DNA of 64,000 nucleotides from the NCBI GenBank assembly GCA_023268715.1, contig JALRLV010000001.1, positions 70,383 to 134,382 on the forward strand. Reading direction: 5' to 3'. Origin of the DNA: Candidatus Thalassarchaeaceae archaeon. Its GTDB lineage: Archaea > Thermoplasmatota > Poseidoniia > Poseidoniales > Thalassarchaeaceae. The notes under the pieces are model-generated. The model had not been told where the DNA came from. It made no database searches and saw only the letters and a program-made list of their open reading frames with translations. This document shows, in pieces, positions 27,614-37,471 of the stretch. The translations under genes were made by a program, and so were the position numbers. Every line of letters begins with the position of its first letter. The first letter of the stretch is position 1.

Positions 27614-28327
27614 TCAGAGTAAATCGGCTAACTCATCCTGGATGAATTGTACTGCTTCAAGAATTTCTGACTTGTCACGAGCACCTGTAATTACCATCTT
27701 TCCGGAACCGAAAATCAGGCAAACTACCCGAGGATAATCGAGTCTGTAAATTAGGCCTGGGAACTGCTCTGGTTCGTATTCAACCTTGTCGAAAGGTAGG
27801 TGGAAGGTCAAGTTATTAAGATTCAATCTGCGAGGCATTGTTGCTAGTGGTTCCCCTTCTCTGATTCCTCGGATTCGTGGGTCCTCTGCTTCTACTTCTT
27901 CGTCCGTTGCGGCACGAATTCCGCCTTCCACATCGATAACTCTTGTATGGTTATCATCCATTCTAGCGGTTCCGAAGTAATCCTCAGGGTAGTGTAAAGC
28001 ATAGGTTGCAACCATATTTTGCACCTCAATTTCTACATCATCTAATTCCCATGTCTCGATACCAGCGGCTCTCAGGTCGCCGATCATTCTCTCGATTCCA
28101 GTGTGGATGTTATCCTTGTTCTTTCCTCCGGTACAAACAGCTCGTCCTGAGCGGAACATTAGAATTGCGAGTTTAGGATCTACAACACGGTATACTACAC
28201 CAGGAAATTGTTCTGGTTCATACTCGCAGTTCAGTTGGATGGCAATGTCGGGTAGGTCGAGTTCCTCCGCCACTCGGGTGGAGGCGACCACGTTAACGAC
28301 GGTTAGTCTTTCTTCGTCACTCTTCAT
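27614..28327 (-). CDS. tbp: TATA-box binding protein with an insertion in the second repeat
   Basis: It has two TBP repeats (VVNVVAS...EYEPEQFPGVVYR...FRSGRAVCTGG and VQNMVAT...EYEPEQFPGLIYR...FGSGKMVITGA). The start is taken at the ATG at 28327 (MKSDEE); a GTG at 28339 is also in frame. Confidence 0.9.
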   Translation of the reverse strand: MKSDEERLTVVNVVASTRVAEELDLPDIAIQLNCEYEPEQFPGVVYRVVDPKLAILMFRSGRAVCTGGKNKDNIHTGIERMIGDLRAAGIETWELDDVEIEVQNMVATYALHYPEDYFGTARMDDNHTRVIDVEGGIRAATDEEVEAEDPRIRGIREGEPLATMPRRLNLNNLTFHLPFDKVEYEPEQFPGLIYRLDYPRVVCLIFGSGKMVITGARDKSEILEAVQFIQDELADLL

Positions 28328-28351
28328 AAGACCTCGCACTTATGAACTCCT

Positions 28352-28358
28352 TATAAAG
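28352..28358 (-). promoter_or_regulatory. Candidate TATA box of the tbp gene
   Basis: The minus strand reads TTTATAA about 25-31 nt upstream of the ATG at 28327. This is consistent with a leaderless or short-leader archaeal transcript. Confidence 0.4.
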
Positions 28359-28414
28359 AATCGTCGTGATTCAGGAGACTTACAATATCGGTTTACTATA
28401 TTCACTACGTCGAT

Positions 28415-29386
28415 TTATGGCAAAATACGAACACCATCTGCTCCGAGCCGTGAAATCAATGGTGTTCCACCAGCAACTTCGATGGCTTCTGCAACTCTCT
28501 GTGGGTGTTGAGTAAGGGCTACCATACACCCTCCTCCTCCCGCTCCGGTTAATTTGGCTCCGATTGAGTGAGGGCGAACCGCCTCAACTAATGCATCAAG
28601 TTCTGGACTACTGACCCCGATGTTTTGCAATTTCTCATGGCACGCATCCATCGCTATACCAACCGCCTCTAGATTTCCAGAACCTAAAGCGGTTAATCCT
28701 GCTTGAGTAATCATCGCAATAGAATCCATTTCTTTGTGTTTACTCGGGTCTTCTTCTAGCAATTTTGCGACTCCGGCCACCATCTCTCCAGTTGGTGATC
28801 CAATGCCTGTGAATCCAAGCACTAACCAAGCATCCAAATCGTCAGGTAACTCGACCTGACAAACGGACCATTTCCTTTCACCTTCAGGGGTGACCATTGA
28901 TGTATCGAATACGTGCTCAGTGCCTGTGACTTGTCTTCCAGCTACAACAACACATCCGCCAAGGGCGCTGGTTGCCGTATCCGTTGGGCTTGCTCGTCCG
29001 AACTGGGCCTTTGCCTCGGCAGCATGTCCAATTCTGGCTAATTTGATTGAGTCTAATTCTGCATTAGCATCCATCATCCGAAGTACAGCCGCTCCCATCG
29101 CATTGGAAAGAGCTGCAGAAGAGCCCAGACCTGCGGCTGAAAACAACCCACTTTGGATTGAGATTTTCAGAGGTCTTCCGCCATATTCGAAAACATCATT
29201 CAGGATATGAGAAATATGAGGATGTTTTTCACTGTTAAACGGCATTCCTTCAATTGTCCATGAGTCGGATTCGGTCAATTCTACCTCGACCCCTGAATCG
29301 ATAGCAACAGCGACTGCGGGGTGGCCGTAGACCACTGCATGCTCCCCGAAAAGGATACACTTTCCTGGTGCGAAGGCCTTGACCAT
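28415..29386 (-). CDS. mvk: Mevalonate kinase
   Basis: It has APGKCILFGEHAVVYGHPAVAVAI, GHMP motif II (AAGLGSSAALS) and the C-terminal TGAGGGGC. Confidence 0.9.
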   Translation of the reverse strand: MVKAFAPGKCILFGEHAVVYGHPAVAVAIDSGVEVELTESDSWTIEGMPFNSEKHPHISHILNDVFEYGGRPLKISIQSGLFSAAGLGSSAALSNAMGAAVLRMMDANAELDSIKLARIGHAAEAKAQFGRASPTDTATSALGGCVVVAGRQVTGTEHVFDTSMVTPEGERKWSVCQVELPDDLDAWLVLGFTGIGSPTGEMVAGVAKLLEEDPSKHKEMDSIAMITQAGLTALGSGNLEAVGIAMDACHEKLQNIGVSSPELDALVEAVRPHSIGAKLTGAGGGGCMVALTQHPQRVAEAIEVAGGTPLISRLGADGVRILP

Positions 29387-29510
29387 GTCAATCCCTAAGG
29401 CGTCGAGGAAATGAGGGTTGGGGAGATGTCTCGTGTTGTAATATGAAAGCGGTTGATTGAAGGTCCGGCCACACTTGCGGACACTATACAGGCCCTAGGC
29501 CTGCAGGTGA

Positions 29511-31520
29511 TTGATGATGGAGCACCCACTTCTTCAAACCTATGGCCCATTAGACGGGTGGATGATTCTATTGCTTATCGGAGGGTTATCCATTGGCTTC
29601 TTCCTCTATCAAGTTCAATTAGCAATTCGGCTTGTAATGCTTGGTTCTAGTGATGACCGTTTTGACTCGTGGGGGAAGAGAGTTTGGGAAGTCATAACTG
29701 GTTGGTTAGGCCAGAAAAGAGTCCTCGAAGACAGAGTCGTCGGAATTATGCACGTTCTGATGTTTTGGGGCTTCTTGATGCTCTCAACAGACATGTTTGA
29801 CTTAGCCACTGCAAATTGGTTTTCTGGTGAACTATTGCCAAGCGCCTTAGTTGGTCCTTGGAATGGAATCGTGGAACTTGGGTATACAATAGCACTAATC
29901 GGATGCGTTGCAGCACTAACCCGGAGAGTAGTTTTCACACCTGAGAAGTTGAAAGGTAAATCACAATTGGAAGGAAACTTCATTCTCTTTCTAATTATGA
30001 CTATCACAACCACTTCATTCATAGTAGAATCCGGCGAATCACCTTCTTCAACTTGGGAACCCCTTGGCTATTGGTTCGCCGAACAAGGAGTCACAGAAGG
30101 GCAAGTAATTGCGGCCTATTGGGCTCACATGTTGGCGATATGTACCTTCTTCGTCCTGATTCCAATGTCTAAGCACATGCATCTAGTCATGGCATTCCCG
30201 AATGTTTTCTTTTACGATACCGAGCCAATGGCAAAGATGCGGCCTCTAGCGGTGAATGATAGTGGCCAAGCAATTCCTTTGGAAGAATTGGACATCGAGG
30301 CATTTGGAGTTGCGAGTTATGAACAATTTTCATGGAGGCAACTGATTGATGGCTGGGCTTGTACGACCTGTGCAAGATGTCAGGATGTTTGTCCTGCCTA
30401 TGAATCGGGTAAGGCATTGAATCCAATGCAAATCGTACACGACGTTCGAGATTATGCTAATGACCACGCGCCAATTCTACTCAAGGGTGAAACACCCGAT
30501 GAGAGTATTCTAGACCGAATGAGTGCGGATGCAGTTTGGGCTTGTACTACATGCCACGCATGTGTCGATGCTTGCCCGGTATACATCGAGCACGTACCTA
30601 AACTTACAGATCTACGTCGGAACGCTATGATGGAGACAATGGAATATCCAGAAGAATTGAATGTCGCAATGGGTAACCTAGAATCCGCTTCAAACCCATA
30701 CGGATTCGGTATGCATGAGCGTGGTAACTGGGCTGAAGGACTCGATATCAAGATCGGTGAACCAGCAGAATACATCTACTTCGTTGGCTGTGCTGCAAGT
30801 TTTGATGAGAGGAATCAGAAAGTTGCGCGAGCGACTATTGGTCTGCTAAATGAAGCCGGATTAGATGTTGGTATTCTAGGAATGCAAGAAGGTTGTTCTG
30901 GAGATCCAGCCCGAAGAGCAGGAAATGAGTACCTTTTCCAAATGCTTGCAGAAACAAATATGATGACTTTCCAAGAATTAGGAGTAAAGAGAATAGTTGC
31001 ATCTTGTCCACATTGCTTCCATACTCTAGGAAAGGAATACGCAGATTATGGCGGTGCAGAGTTAGAGGTATTCCATCACTCTGAAATACTCGCGAAATTG
31101 CAAGAGGAAGGAAAACTTCCAGATGTTTCAACTGAGGAATCCGTCACCTTCCATGACCCATGTTATCTTGGTCGAATAGGAGGCATCGTAGACGAACCTC
31201 GAAACATTATTGGCGGGGTAGATAAGGAAGTTGAGAGACATGGTACCGATTCATTCTGTTGCGGAGCCGGTGGGGCTCAAATGTGGATGGAAGAAGATGC
31301 CGATAAGCGTGTCAACCAAATTCGAGCGAAGGAAATAGCCGAGACAGGATGCGACACAGTTGCAGTCGGCTGTCCCTTCTGTTCAATCATGGTCAAAGAC
31401 GGATTAGATGCAGTCGGTGCTGAAATGGACGTCAAAGACGTAGCCGAGATTCTGTGGGAGCAAATAGTCGCCAGAGACGAAGAGATTCAAGCTGCCGCTG
31501 CCGCAAATACTCATGAGTGA
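29511..31520 (+). CDS. Membrane-anchored Fe-S oxidoreductase, HdrD/GlpC-like (two 4Fe-4S ferredoxin motifs plus two CCG domains)
   Basis: It has an N-terminal polytopic membrane domain of about 230 aa. Two ferredoxin motifs follow (CTTCARCQDVCP and CTTCHACVDACP). The CCG-type Cys patterns are FVGCAAS...SCPHC and HDPCYLGR...FCCGAGG...GCPFC. Confidence 0.8.
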   Translation: MMMEHPLLQTYGPLDGWMILLLIGGLSIGFFLYQVQLAIRLVMLGSSDDRFDSWGKRVWEVITGWLGQKRVLEDRVVGIMHVLMFWGFLMLSTDMFDLATANWFSGELLPSALVGPWNGIVELGYTIALIGCVAALTRRVVFTPEKLKGKSQLEGNFILFLIMTITTTSFIVESGESPSSTWEPLGYWFAEQGVTEGQVIAAYWAHMLAICTFFVLIPMSKHMHLVMAFPNVFFYDTEPMAKMRPLAVNDSGQAIPLEELDIEAFGVASYEQFSWRQLIDGWACTTCARCQDVCPAYESGKALNPMQIVHDVRDYANDHAPILLKGETPDESILDRMSADAVWACTTCHACVDACPVYIEHVPKLTDLRRNAMMETMEYPEELNVAMGNLESASNPYGFGMHERGNWAEGLDIKIGEPAEYIYFVGCAASFDERNQKVARATIGLLNEAGLDVGILGMQEGCSGDPARRAGNEYLFQMLAETNMMTFQELGVKRIVASCPHCFHTLGKEYADYGGAELEVFHHSEILAKLQEEGKLPDVSTEESVTFHDPCYLGRIGGIVDEPRNIIGGVDKEVERHGTDSFCCGAGGAQMWMEEDADKRVNQIRAKEIAETGCDTVAVGCPFCSIMVKDGLDAVGAEMDVKDVAEILWEQIVARDEEIQAAAAANTHE

Positions 31521-31551
31521 TGCATAAATAGCGCAGTATACACGAGTAACC

Positions 31552-31941
31552 ATGAGTGACGAGTTCACAGTCTCAGGTTTGACAATTCCGAGAATCGCAA
31601 TTTACGAAGGAGCAATACTTGTTTTGTGGGGTATCGCGGCTTACATCATTTCGGACCAATCTTCGATTACAGCAATGATCCCCTCATTCATGGGCGCTCC
31701 CCTGCTGGTTTTGGGAATACTATCCGAAAGGATGCCAAACATGCGTCATCACCTTATGCATGCATCCATGGTTTTGGCACTGTTGATGGTACTTGGAGGG
31801 GCAAGAGTTTTTGCAGACTTTTCAGATATGTCTAATCTCGCAATTTCATCTCACATTATCTTGATTGTAGTAGGAATCACATTCATGGTTTGTGGAATTA
31901 TGTCATTCCGCGCTGCTAGACTTGCTAGAGAAGCGGAGTGA
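31552..31941 (+). CDS. Small four-TM membrane protein, unknown function
   Basis: 129-aa hydrophobic ORF immediately downstream of the Fe-S oxidoreductase gene. Confidence 0.5.
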   Translation: MSDEFTVSGLTIPRIAIYEGAILVLWGIAAYIISDQSSITAMIPSFMGAPLLVLGILSERMPNMRHHLMHASMVLALLMVLGGARVFADFSDMSNLAISSHIILIVVGITFMVCGIMSFRAARLAREAE

Positions 31942-31945
31942 TAGT

Positions 31946-32635
31946 TTGCCATCTCCTGTAATCGGGGTTACCACCTCGATTAACTTACGAGATTATGAAA
32001 CTCCTGAGCAAGCAGTTGTCATGTTGCCTGCAAATTATCCAACAGCGATTAGAAAAGCGGGTGGGATTCCCGTTTTGCTTACTGAAGGTGATGATGTTGA
32101 AACATTGCTCGACCGGCTGGATGGGATAATTATCGCTGGTGGCCGAGATATCGATCCAGCACGTTATGGACAGGAACCCCATGAAAGAACCACCGACCTA
32201 CGACCACAGCAGGATCGTTGGGAATCATTACTAATCGCTTCTGCAATTGAAAGAGATTTACCAATGCTTTGTGTTTGTAGAGGGCATCAATTATTGTCTG
32301 TGGAGAGGGGAGGCAGGCTCCATCAACATCTACCCGAAACTCCAGGTCACGAAGATCATGGTGCAACTGCTGGCGATTGGTCTAATCATCTAGTACAAAT
32401 AGAGGAAGACTCTCTATTGGCATCTGTTATTGGAACTGAAGCCATGGCTAATTCTGGACACCATCAAGGGGTTGCAGATGCTGGAGATTTAACAGTGGTT
32501 GCGAGAACTGAAGATGGACTTATCGAAGCGGTTGAACTGCCAGGAGCTAGTTTCTTACTTTCGATGCAATGGCATCCAGAGATGTTAGACCAAAAGAAAG
32601 TTTTCGATGCATTAATCGAAGCAGCAAAGATATAA
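31946..32635 (+). CDS. Peptidase C26 / gamma-glutamyl-gamma-aminobutyrate hydrolase-like class I glutamine amidotransferase (copy 1)
   Basis: It has VIGVTT..., IIIAGGRDIDPARYGQEP, the catalytic Cys in CVCRGHQLL, and MQWHPE. The start is uncertain: a TTG at 31946 is proposed, while the longest ORF begins at 31892 and overlaps the previous gene. Confidence 0.75.
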   Translation: MPSPVIGVTTSINLRDYETPEQAVVMLPANYPTAIRKAGGIPVLLTEGDDVETLLDRLDGIIIAGGRDIDPARYGQEPHERTTDLRPQQDRWESLLIASAIERDLPMLCVCRGHQLLSVERGGRLHQHLPETPGHEDHGATAGDWSNHLVQIEEDSLLASVIGTEAMANSGHHQGVADAGDLTVVARTEDGLIEAVELPGASFLLSMQWHPEMLDQKKVFDALIEAAKI

Positions 32636-32690
32636 TTTGCTGAAATCCACACCATCGGATTGAATTAGTCTACTAGTAAGTGCCAAACGT

Positions 32691-33395
32691 ATGAGTAAGC
32701 AGGGCCGGGCTCCGGTAATTGGCGTTACCGCCTGTAAACGAGACTCAACTTTTGGCCCTTGGAATATAGAAGCCGTAATTCTTCCATCAACCTACACTGA
32801 CATTATCACAGAAGCAGGTGGACAGCCAATTCTCTTACCACCAGGTTGTTGTCCTTCAAACTTAGATTTCCTTGATGGCTTAGTTGTGGCAGGTGGTCCA
32901 GATATCCATCCTTCATTGTATGGCCAGGAACCTAGCGAACACATCTACCTAGCCCACCCAGACCAGGATGACTCTGAGGCCTCGTTAATCAAAGCCGCAA
33001 TCGAGAGAGATATTCCACTTCTGGGAATTTGTAGAGGGATGCAGTTGATGTGTGTAGTTCACGGAGGGTCAATGCACCAACATCTACCCGAAACTCCTGG
33101 ATTTGAAGAACACGGAGGGTGGGATGGAGTGGTTACCGAACATGGTGTATCAATTATTGAAGGCTGTCATCTAAATGCAATAATGGGCGACGAGGTGATT
33201 GCCAATTCAACTCATCACCAAGGAATATCTGATCCTGGAAGTTTGCAAATCAGTGCATATTCTATACATGATAATCTGATTGAGGGTGTTGAGCGAACCG
33301 ACAAGAGATTTTGCATTGGAGTTCAATGGCACCCAGAGCGTATCGGACATATTGGATTGTATCGCGCGCTTGTGGAAGCGGCGCGGGGTTCTTGA
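32691..33395 (+). CDS. Peptidase C26 / gamma-glutamyl-gamma-aminobutyrate hydrolase-like class I glutamine amidotransferase (copy 2)
   Basis: It has VIGVTA..., VVAGGPDIHPSLYGQEP, GICRGMQLM and VQWHPE. It is a clear paralogue of the preceding gene. Confidence 0.8.
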   Translation: MSKQGRAPVIGVTACKRDSTFGPWNIEAVILPSTYTDIITEAGGQPILLPPGCCPSNLDFLDGLVVAGGPDIHPSLYGQEPSEHIYLAHPDQDDSEASLIKAAIERDIPLLGICRGMQLMCVVHGGSMHQHLPETPGFEEHGGWDGVVTEHGVSIIEGCHLNAIMGDEVIANSTHHQGISDPGSLQISAYSIHDNLIEGVERTDKRFCIGVQWHPERIGHIGLYRALVEAARGS

Positions 33396-33420
33396 CAGAA
33401 AGCCTCGCAGCACAATCAGA

Positions 33421-34809
33421 ATGACTCTCAGGGTCTACGACACACGGTCTCGTGAGAAGCGAGAATTCTCACCTCTAAACGAGGGTAGAGTTAGTATGTA
33501 TGTCTGTGGAATCACTCCTTATTCTCCTAGTCATTTAGGGCACGCTCGTTGCTACCTAGCCTTCGATGTTGTACACCGTTGGCTAGAAGCTAGTGGCTAC
33601 CAGGTTGATTATGTCCAGAACTTTACCGATATCGATGATAAGATACTCAATATTTCTGAATCTGAAGGTGTCGATTACTCTGTTGTTTCCAATAGAAATA
33701 TCGAGGACTACTTCGAAGTAATGGACGCGATGAACGTCCGTAGGGCTGACCACTATCCTAGAGTGACCGAAACCATCTCTGAAATCATTGATATGATTTC
33801 TAATTTACAAGAAAAAGGGCACGCCTATGTTGGGGGGGATGGAGTTTACTTTGAGATAGACACAGCGCCAGAAAAATATGGGCAATTAACTGGTCAAACG
33901 CTACAGATGGTTAGAGCTGGCGCGGGTGGTAGAGTAGCAGATACCGGCTCAGGAAAACGAGATCATCGCGATTTTGCGCTATGGAAATTGGCAAAGCCTG
34001 GTGAACCATTCTGGGAGAGTCCATGGGGTGATGGTAGGCCAGGATGGCACATTGAGTGTTCAGCCATGTCTCTCAATCACTTTGGAGAACAATTTGACAT
34101 TCATGGTGGCGGACATGATCTTAGGTTCCCTCACCACGAGGCTGAGATTTTCCAATCTGAGTGTTGTACCGGATGCGAGCCTGTTGTAGGGTACTGGATG
34201 CACAACGGCTTTGTGAATGTCGATGGTGAAAAGATGAGCAAGAGTCTTGGAAATTTCTGGACCGTTAGAGAAGCATTCCAGAACTACGCCCCACTTGCTC
34301 TTCGATATGCACTACTTAGTGTCCCATATCGTAATCCAATTGACTTGACTCCTGAATTCTTGCAAGAAGCAGCAACGCATTATGAGAGGTTGATAGAGGC
34401 ATATGGCGCGTCTCTATCTTCTGACTTAGATTTAGGAATCGACCTATCTGATTACAGCCAACGCTTCATTGATGCAATGAATGATGACTTCAATACAAGA
34501 GCTGCAATTATTGAGATTCAATCGGTTGTATCTCAAAACCCAGGCAAAGACCTTGGTTCTTGGTTTGAGAAGTATGCAGGGGATGTTTTGGGGCTTCTTC
34601 CAAGTTCAGCCGAGGTTTTAGCAGGGCGTGCTGAGGCTGAATCGGCTAGGGCAGATATTGCCGATAGAGTTGAAGGCCTGCTGAAAGAACGCGAAACTTC
34701 CAGGAAAACAAAGAACTGGAATCGTGCGGATGAAATTAGAGACGAACTCAATTCGATTGGTGTTATTGTCGAAGATGGTCCAGATGGGCCGACTTGGAGA
34801 TTAGCCTAA
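33421..34809 (+). CDS. cysS: Cysteine--tRNA ligase
   Basis: It has the HIGH motif (PSHLGHARCY) and KMSKSLGN. The start is taken at MTLRVYDTRSREK (ATG at 33421). The longer ORF from 33280 overlaps the upstream gene. Confidence 0.95.
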   Translation: MTLRVYDTRSREKREFSPLNEGRVSMYVCGITPYSPSHLGHARCYLAFDVVHRWLEASGYQVDYVQNFTDIDDKILNISESEGVDYSVVSNRNIEDYFEVMDAMNVRRADHYPRVTETISEIIDMISNLQEKGHAYVGGDGVYFEIDTAPEKYGQLTGQTLQMVRAGAGGRVADTGSGKRDHRDFALWKLAKPGEPFWESPWGDGRPGWHIECSAMSLNHFGEQFDIHGGGHDLRFPHHEAEIFQSECCTGCEPVVGYWMHNGFVNVDGEKMSKSLGNFWTVREAFQNYAPLALRYALLSVPYRNPIDLTPEFLQEAATHYERLIEAYGASLSSDLDLGIDLSDYSQRFIDAMNDDFNTRAAIIEIQSVVSQNPGKDLGSWFEKYAGDVLGLLPSSAEVLAGRAEAESARADIADRVEGLLKERETSRKTKNWNRADEIRDELNSIGVIVEDGPDGPTWRLA

Positions 34810-37377
34810 TCATTCATCTTCATCTGATGAACGAAGGTTCTGATTGATCGTTACAATTGAAGCGACTAGTAGTCCAACCAATGAAATCACCGCTACCCAA
34901 TACAATGGCCCTTCCAATAATGCCTCATCTTCGTTTTCTGGCAATTCAGGTTCTGGTTCGGGCTCTTGTTCGATATCCAAGTATGACCAGGCGTCTCTAC
35001 AAGTCACATCGGTGGGCAAAGACCCAGTGTCTTCACAGAGTTTACTAGGTATTGCAAAGGCATCACCCACCTCTAATTGACAATACCATCCTTCCAATTC
35101 AATACAATCGTCGGTAGGTTGCATAACTATCAATATGGAGCCACAGAGTAATTCTTTGTCTTCAGGAATCGTTTGTCCATTATCTGAATTACATGCTTCT
35201 AGATGTATTCCTTCTTCTATAGTCGTAGAATGGGAGAGTGTTGCCCCTCTTGGGCCATATGTTGTGAACACGTTTGGTAATTCAGGTTCAGGAACTGTCG
35301 AACCTCCGTTATTTCCATTTCCTCCGTTATTCGGGTCGATTGTTGTGGTTATCGGATCAGCACCTCCTACAGTACCTCCTACTCTGTGACCATTTTCGTC
35401 TAATTCAACATCATAATAATCAGACCAGAGGTCAATCGTTCTTCCATTTTGGAATGTCTGTGAACGGTTTAGGACGTCGAAATATCTCTCATCTCCCAAG
35501 GTGAATAGATACTCAAGAGGAACTTGTGCACCTTGGTTACAATTTTCCAAGAAAGTCATTAGTTCGTCAACCGTTAATGTTGCTTCAGGAACTCCATCGT
35601 AGGTTATGTCAGTAGCCTTGGTAAATCCTTCTCCTTGGATAATCTGAATTTCATCATCCATCGCTTGCATTATATCAACATCTCCGAAGACTGCTAGCCC
35701 ACCTACTACAACGAGACGTACATCTGGATCGATGGCCTCTACAACGTTACGATATGGGTCGGCATGGAAGGTGTCTAGGACAACCAAATCAGCAGCCAAA
35801 CCTGCTTTGATTCGACCCGTGTGCTCAGACCATCCAATCGCATCAACAATATTGGTCGTAATTGCTTGAACCAATTCATAATCTGTGAAAATGTCTCCGA
35901 GGACATTTTCATCCCACCAGTCTGCAGTCTTCAATTCGTGCATAGAACTCTTTGAACCAGAAGGAGCCCAATCTGGTCCAATCATTATGTTGACTCCCTC
36001 TGCTTTGGCTGTTGCAATATCGGTAGTTTCTCCGTAAAGGATTAGGTTAGAAGTTGGCGACCAAGCAAGACTTCCTCCTACATTACCGAGTGCATCGAAT
36101 TCTGCTTGTGTTAATCCTGTTCCATGGATTATTACCAACTCACCTACGAGCAAGTCATTTTGCACCAAGATGTCGAATTCTGCTCTGCTAGATTCGTCAA
36201 CACCCTCTGCTAAGTGTAAGAACCAAGCATCTAATTCACCTGAGGCATTTCCGTCTTTGATGTGATTTCCTTGGTAACCAGATTCTAATTCTGAAACTTT
36301 AGTATGTATGTAATCTCTACCGAAATTGTAGAGTTCTATGTTTCTTGCTAGCATAGTCTCGAATGTGTCAGTGTAGGATGTTGAACTTCCTTGTAATGCA
36401 GTATTTCCACCAGCAATTGCCCTTAATTCTGCAAATCTTTGGGCTGTAGGGTCGGTTAATGAGCAACCGACATCTTTTGCATCGCGGTAGGAGTCTTCGG
36501 CCTGCCATTGATAGCGGTTATCCCAGCCATTAGTTCCGTGATCCCATAGTGGAATGATGTTGTATTTGGCATGATTGTGAGCATCAATGAATCCGGGGTA
36601 TATTGTGCCACTTGTTGGTATCGACACAACACCCTCTGCAGCCGCTGGCGCAGAGTCGGAAGCGCTCCAAACAGCCTCGATCATTCCATCGACTACAAGA
36701 ATACGTCCATCATCAATAATTGAATCATAAGATTCCATGGTTACAACTCGTCCTTCTAGGATATATTCGCCTCGGTGGATATGATCTTGAGGCGGGTAGC
36801 AGTTACCTTGCACTACGTTTGCTACACCTACCCATTGCTGATCATTAGCTCCTCCTGGAGTTGGAGATCCATCGACAAGTTTTGCCCAATTACCACTTGA
36901 ATCGTATCCATATGGAATATCCCAATCAGAGTCCTCTCCGGGGTAATTGACTGAATCAATTTCATTCATATTTCCATCAAGGATTCTTATGGTATCTCCA
37001 TCCCAATAATCGAATTCAATTTGAGTCCAAGCACGGAAGAATGTGATGTACTCGCCTGGTTGAAGAATAGTGTTCCACTCAATGCTACAAGCGGGTGATC
37101 CACCATCGGCGATATCATCTAGATACCATCCGCCAATGTCAATAGGCTCACTTGTAGGGTTATACAATTCCACATATTGGTCATTGTAATTACCCATCGA
37201 GCCATCTCCATTCCAATCAGTACCTCCATAATTTGCATTATTTGCGGAAACTAGGATTTCATTGACTATAATCGAATTTCCCGTGCCTTGTGCAGAAGTT
37301 GGCATCGGTGTAATCGTCATCATTAACATCAGCAGGGCCAAGGTAAGGGCTCTACGCATAATAGAGACACGGGTCAA
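34810..37377 (-). CDS. Secreted, C-terminally anchored amidohydrolase-superfamily protein with N-terminal lamin-tail domain (LTD)
   Basis: It has a signal peptide. The LTD-like segment is IIVNEILVSANN...QYVELYNPTSEPIDIGGWYLDD. The metal-dependent hydrolase motif is GFIDAHNHAKYN. The C-terminal TM is WVAVISLVGLLVASIV, followed by an acidic end. Confidence 0.7.
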   Translation of the reverse strand: MTRVSIMRRALTLALLMLMMTITPMPTSAQGTGNSIIVNEILVSANNANYGGTDWNGDGSMGNYNDQYVELYNPTSEPIDIGGWYLDDIADGGSPACSIEWNTILQPGEYITFFRAWTQIEFDYWDGDTIRILDGNMNEIDSVNYPGEDSDWDIPYGYDSSGNWAKLVDGSPTPGGANDQQWVGVANVVQGNCYPPQDHIHRGEYILEGRVVTMESYDSIIDDGRILVVDGMIEAVWSASDSAPAAAEGVVSIPTSGTIYPGFIDAHNHAKYNIIPLWDHGTNGWDNRYQWQAEDSYRDAKDVGCSLTDPTAQRFAELRAIAGGNTALQGSSTSYTDTFETMLARNIELYNFGRDYIHTKVSELESGYQGNHIKDGNASGELDAWFLHLAEGVDESSRAEFDILVQNDLLVGELVIIHGTGLTQAEFDALGNVGGSLAWSPTSNLILYGETTDIATAKAEGVNIMIGPDWAPSGSKSSMHELKTADWWDENVLGDIFTDYELVQAITTNIVDAIGWSEHTGRIKAGLAADLVVLDTFHADPYRNVVEAIDPDVRLVVVGGLAVFGDVDIMQAMDDEIQIIQGEGFTKATDITYDGVPEATLTVDELMTFLENCNQGAQVPLEYLFTLGDERYFDVLNRSQTFQNGRTIDLWSDYYDVELDENGHRVGGTVGGADPITTTIDPNNGGNGNNGGSTVPEPELPNVFTTYGPRGATLSHSTTIEEGIHLEACNSDNGQTIPEDKELLCGSILIVMQPTDDCIELEGWYCQLEVGDAFAIPSKLCEDTGSLPTDVTCRDAWSYLDIEQEPEPEPELPENEDEALLEGPLYWVAVISLVGLLVASIVTINQNLRSSDEDE

Positions 37378-37471
37378 TACACCCCTTCAAACCAACCCCG
37401 ATTAGTTTAGCATTTGATTAGTATATTTTAATCACTAATTGGTCATATCGAGAAAGTGATGGAGCGAAATA

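Noticed and set aside
29489-29503. Palindrome caggcc-cta-ggcctg upstream of the HdrD-like gene.
   Set aside because: This is a short 6-bp stem with no supporting context, so it could arise by chance.
37400-37440. Repeated GATTAGT and a short inverted repeat (GATTA/TAATC) in the divergent LTD-amidohydrolase/BNR promoter.
   Set aside because: The arms are only 5-7 bp in a very AT-rich stretch that also has to contain two TATA boxes, so the signal is too weak to call an operator.
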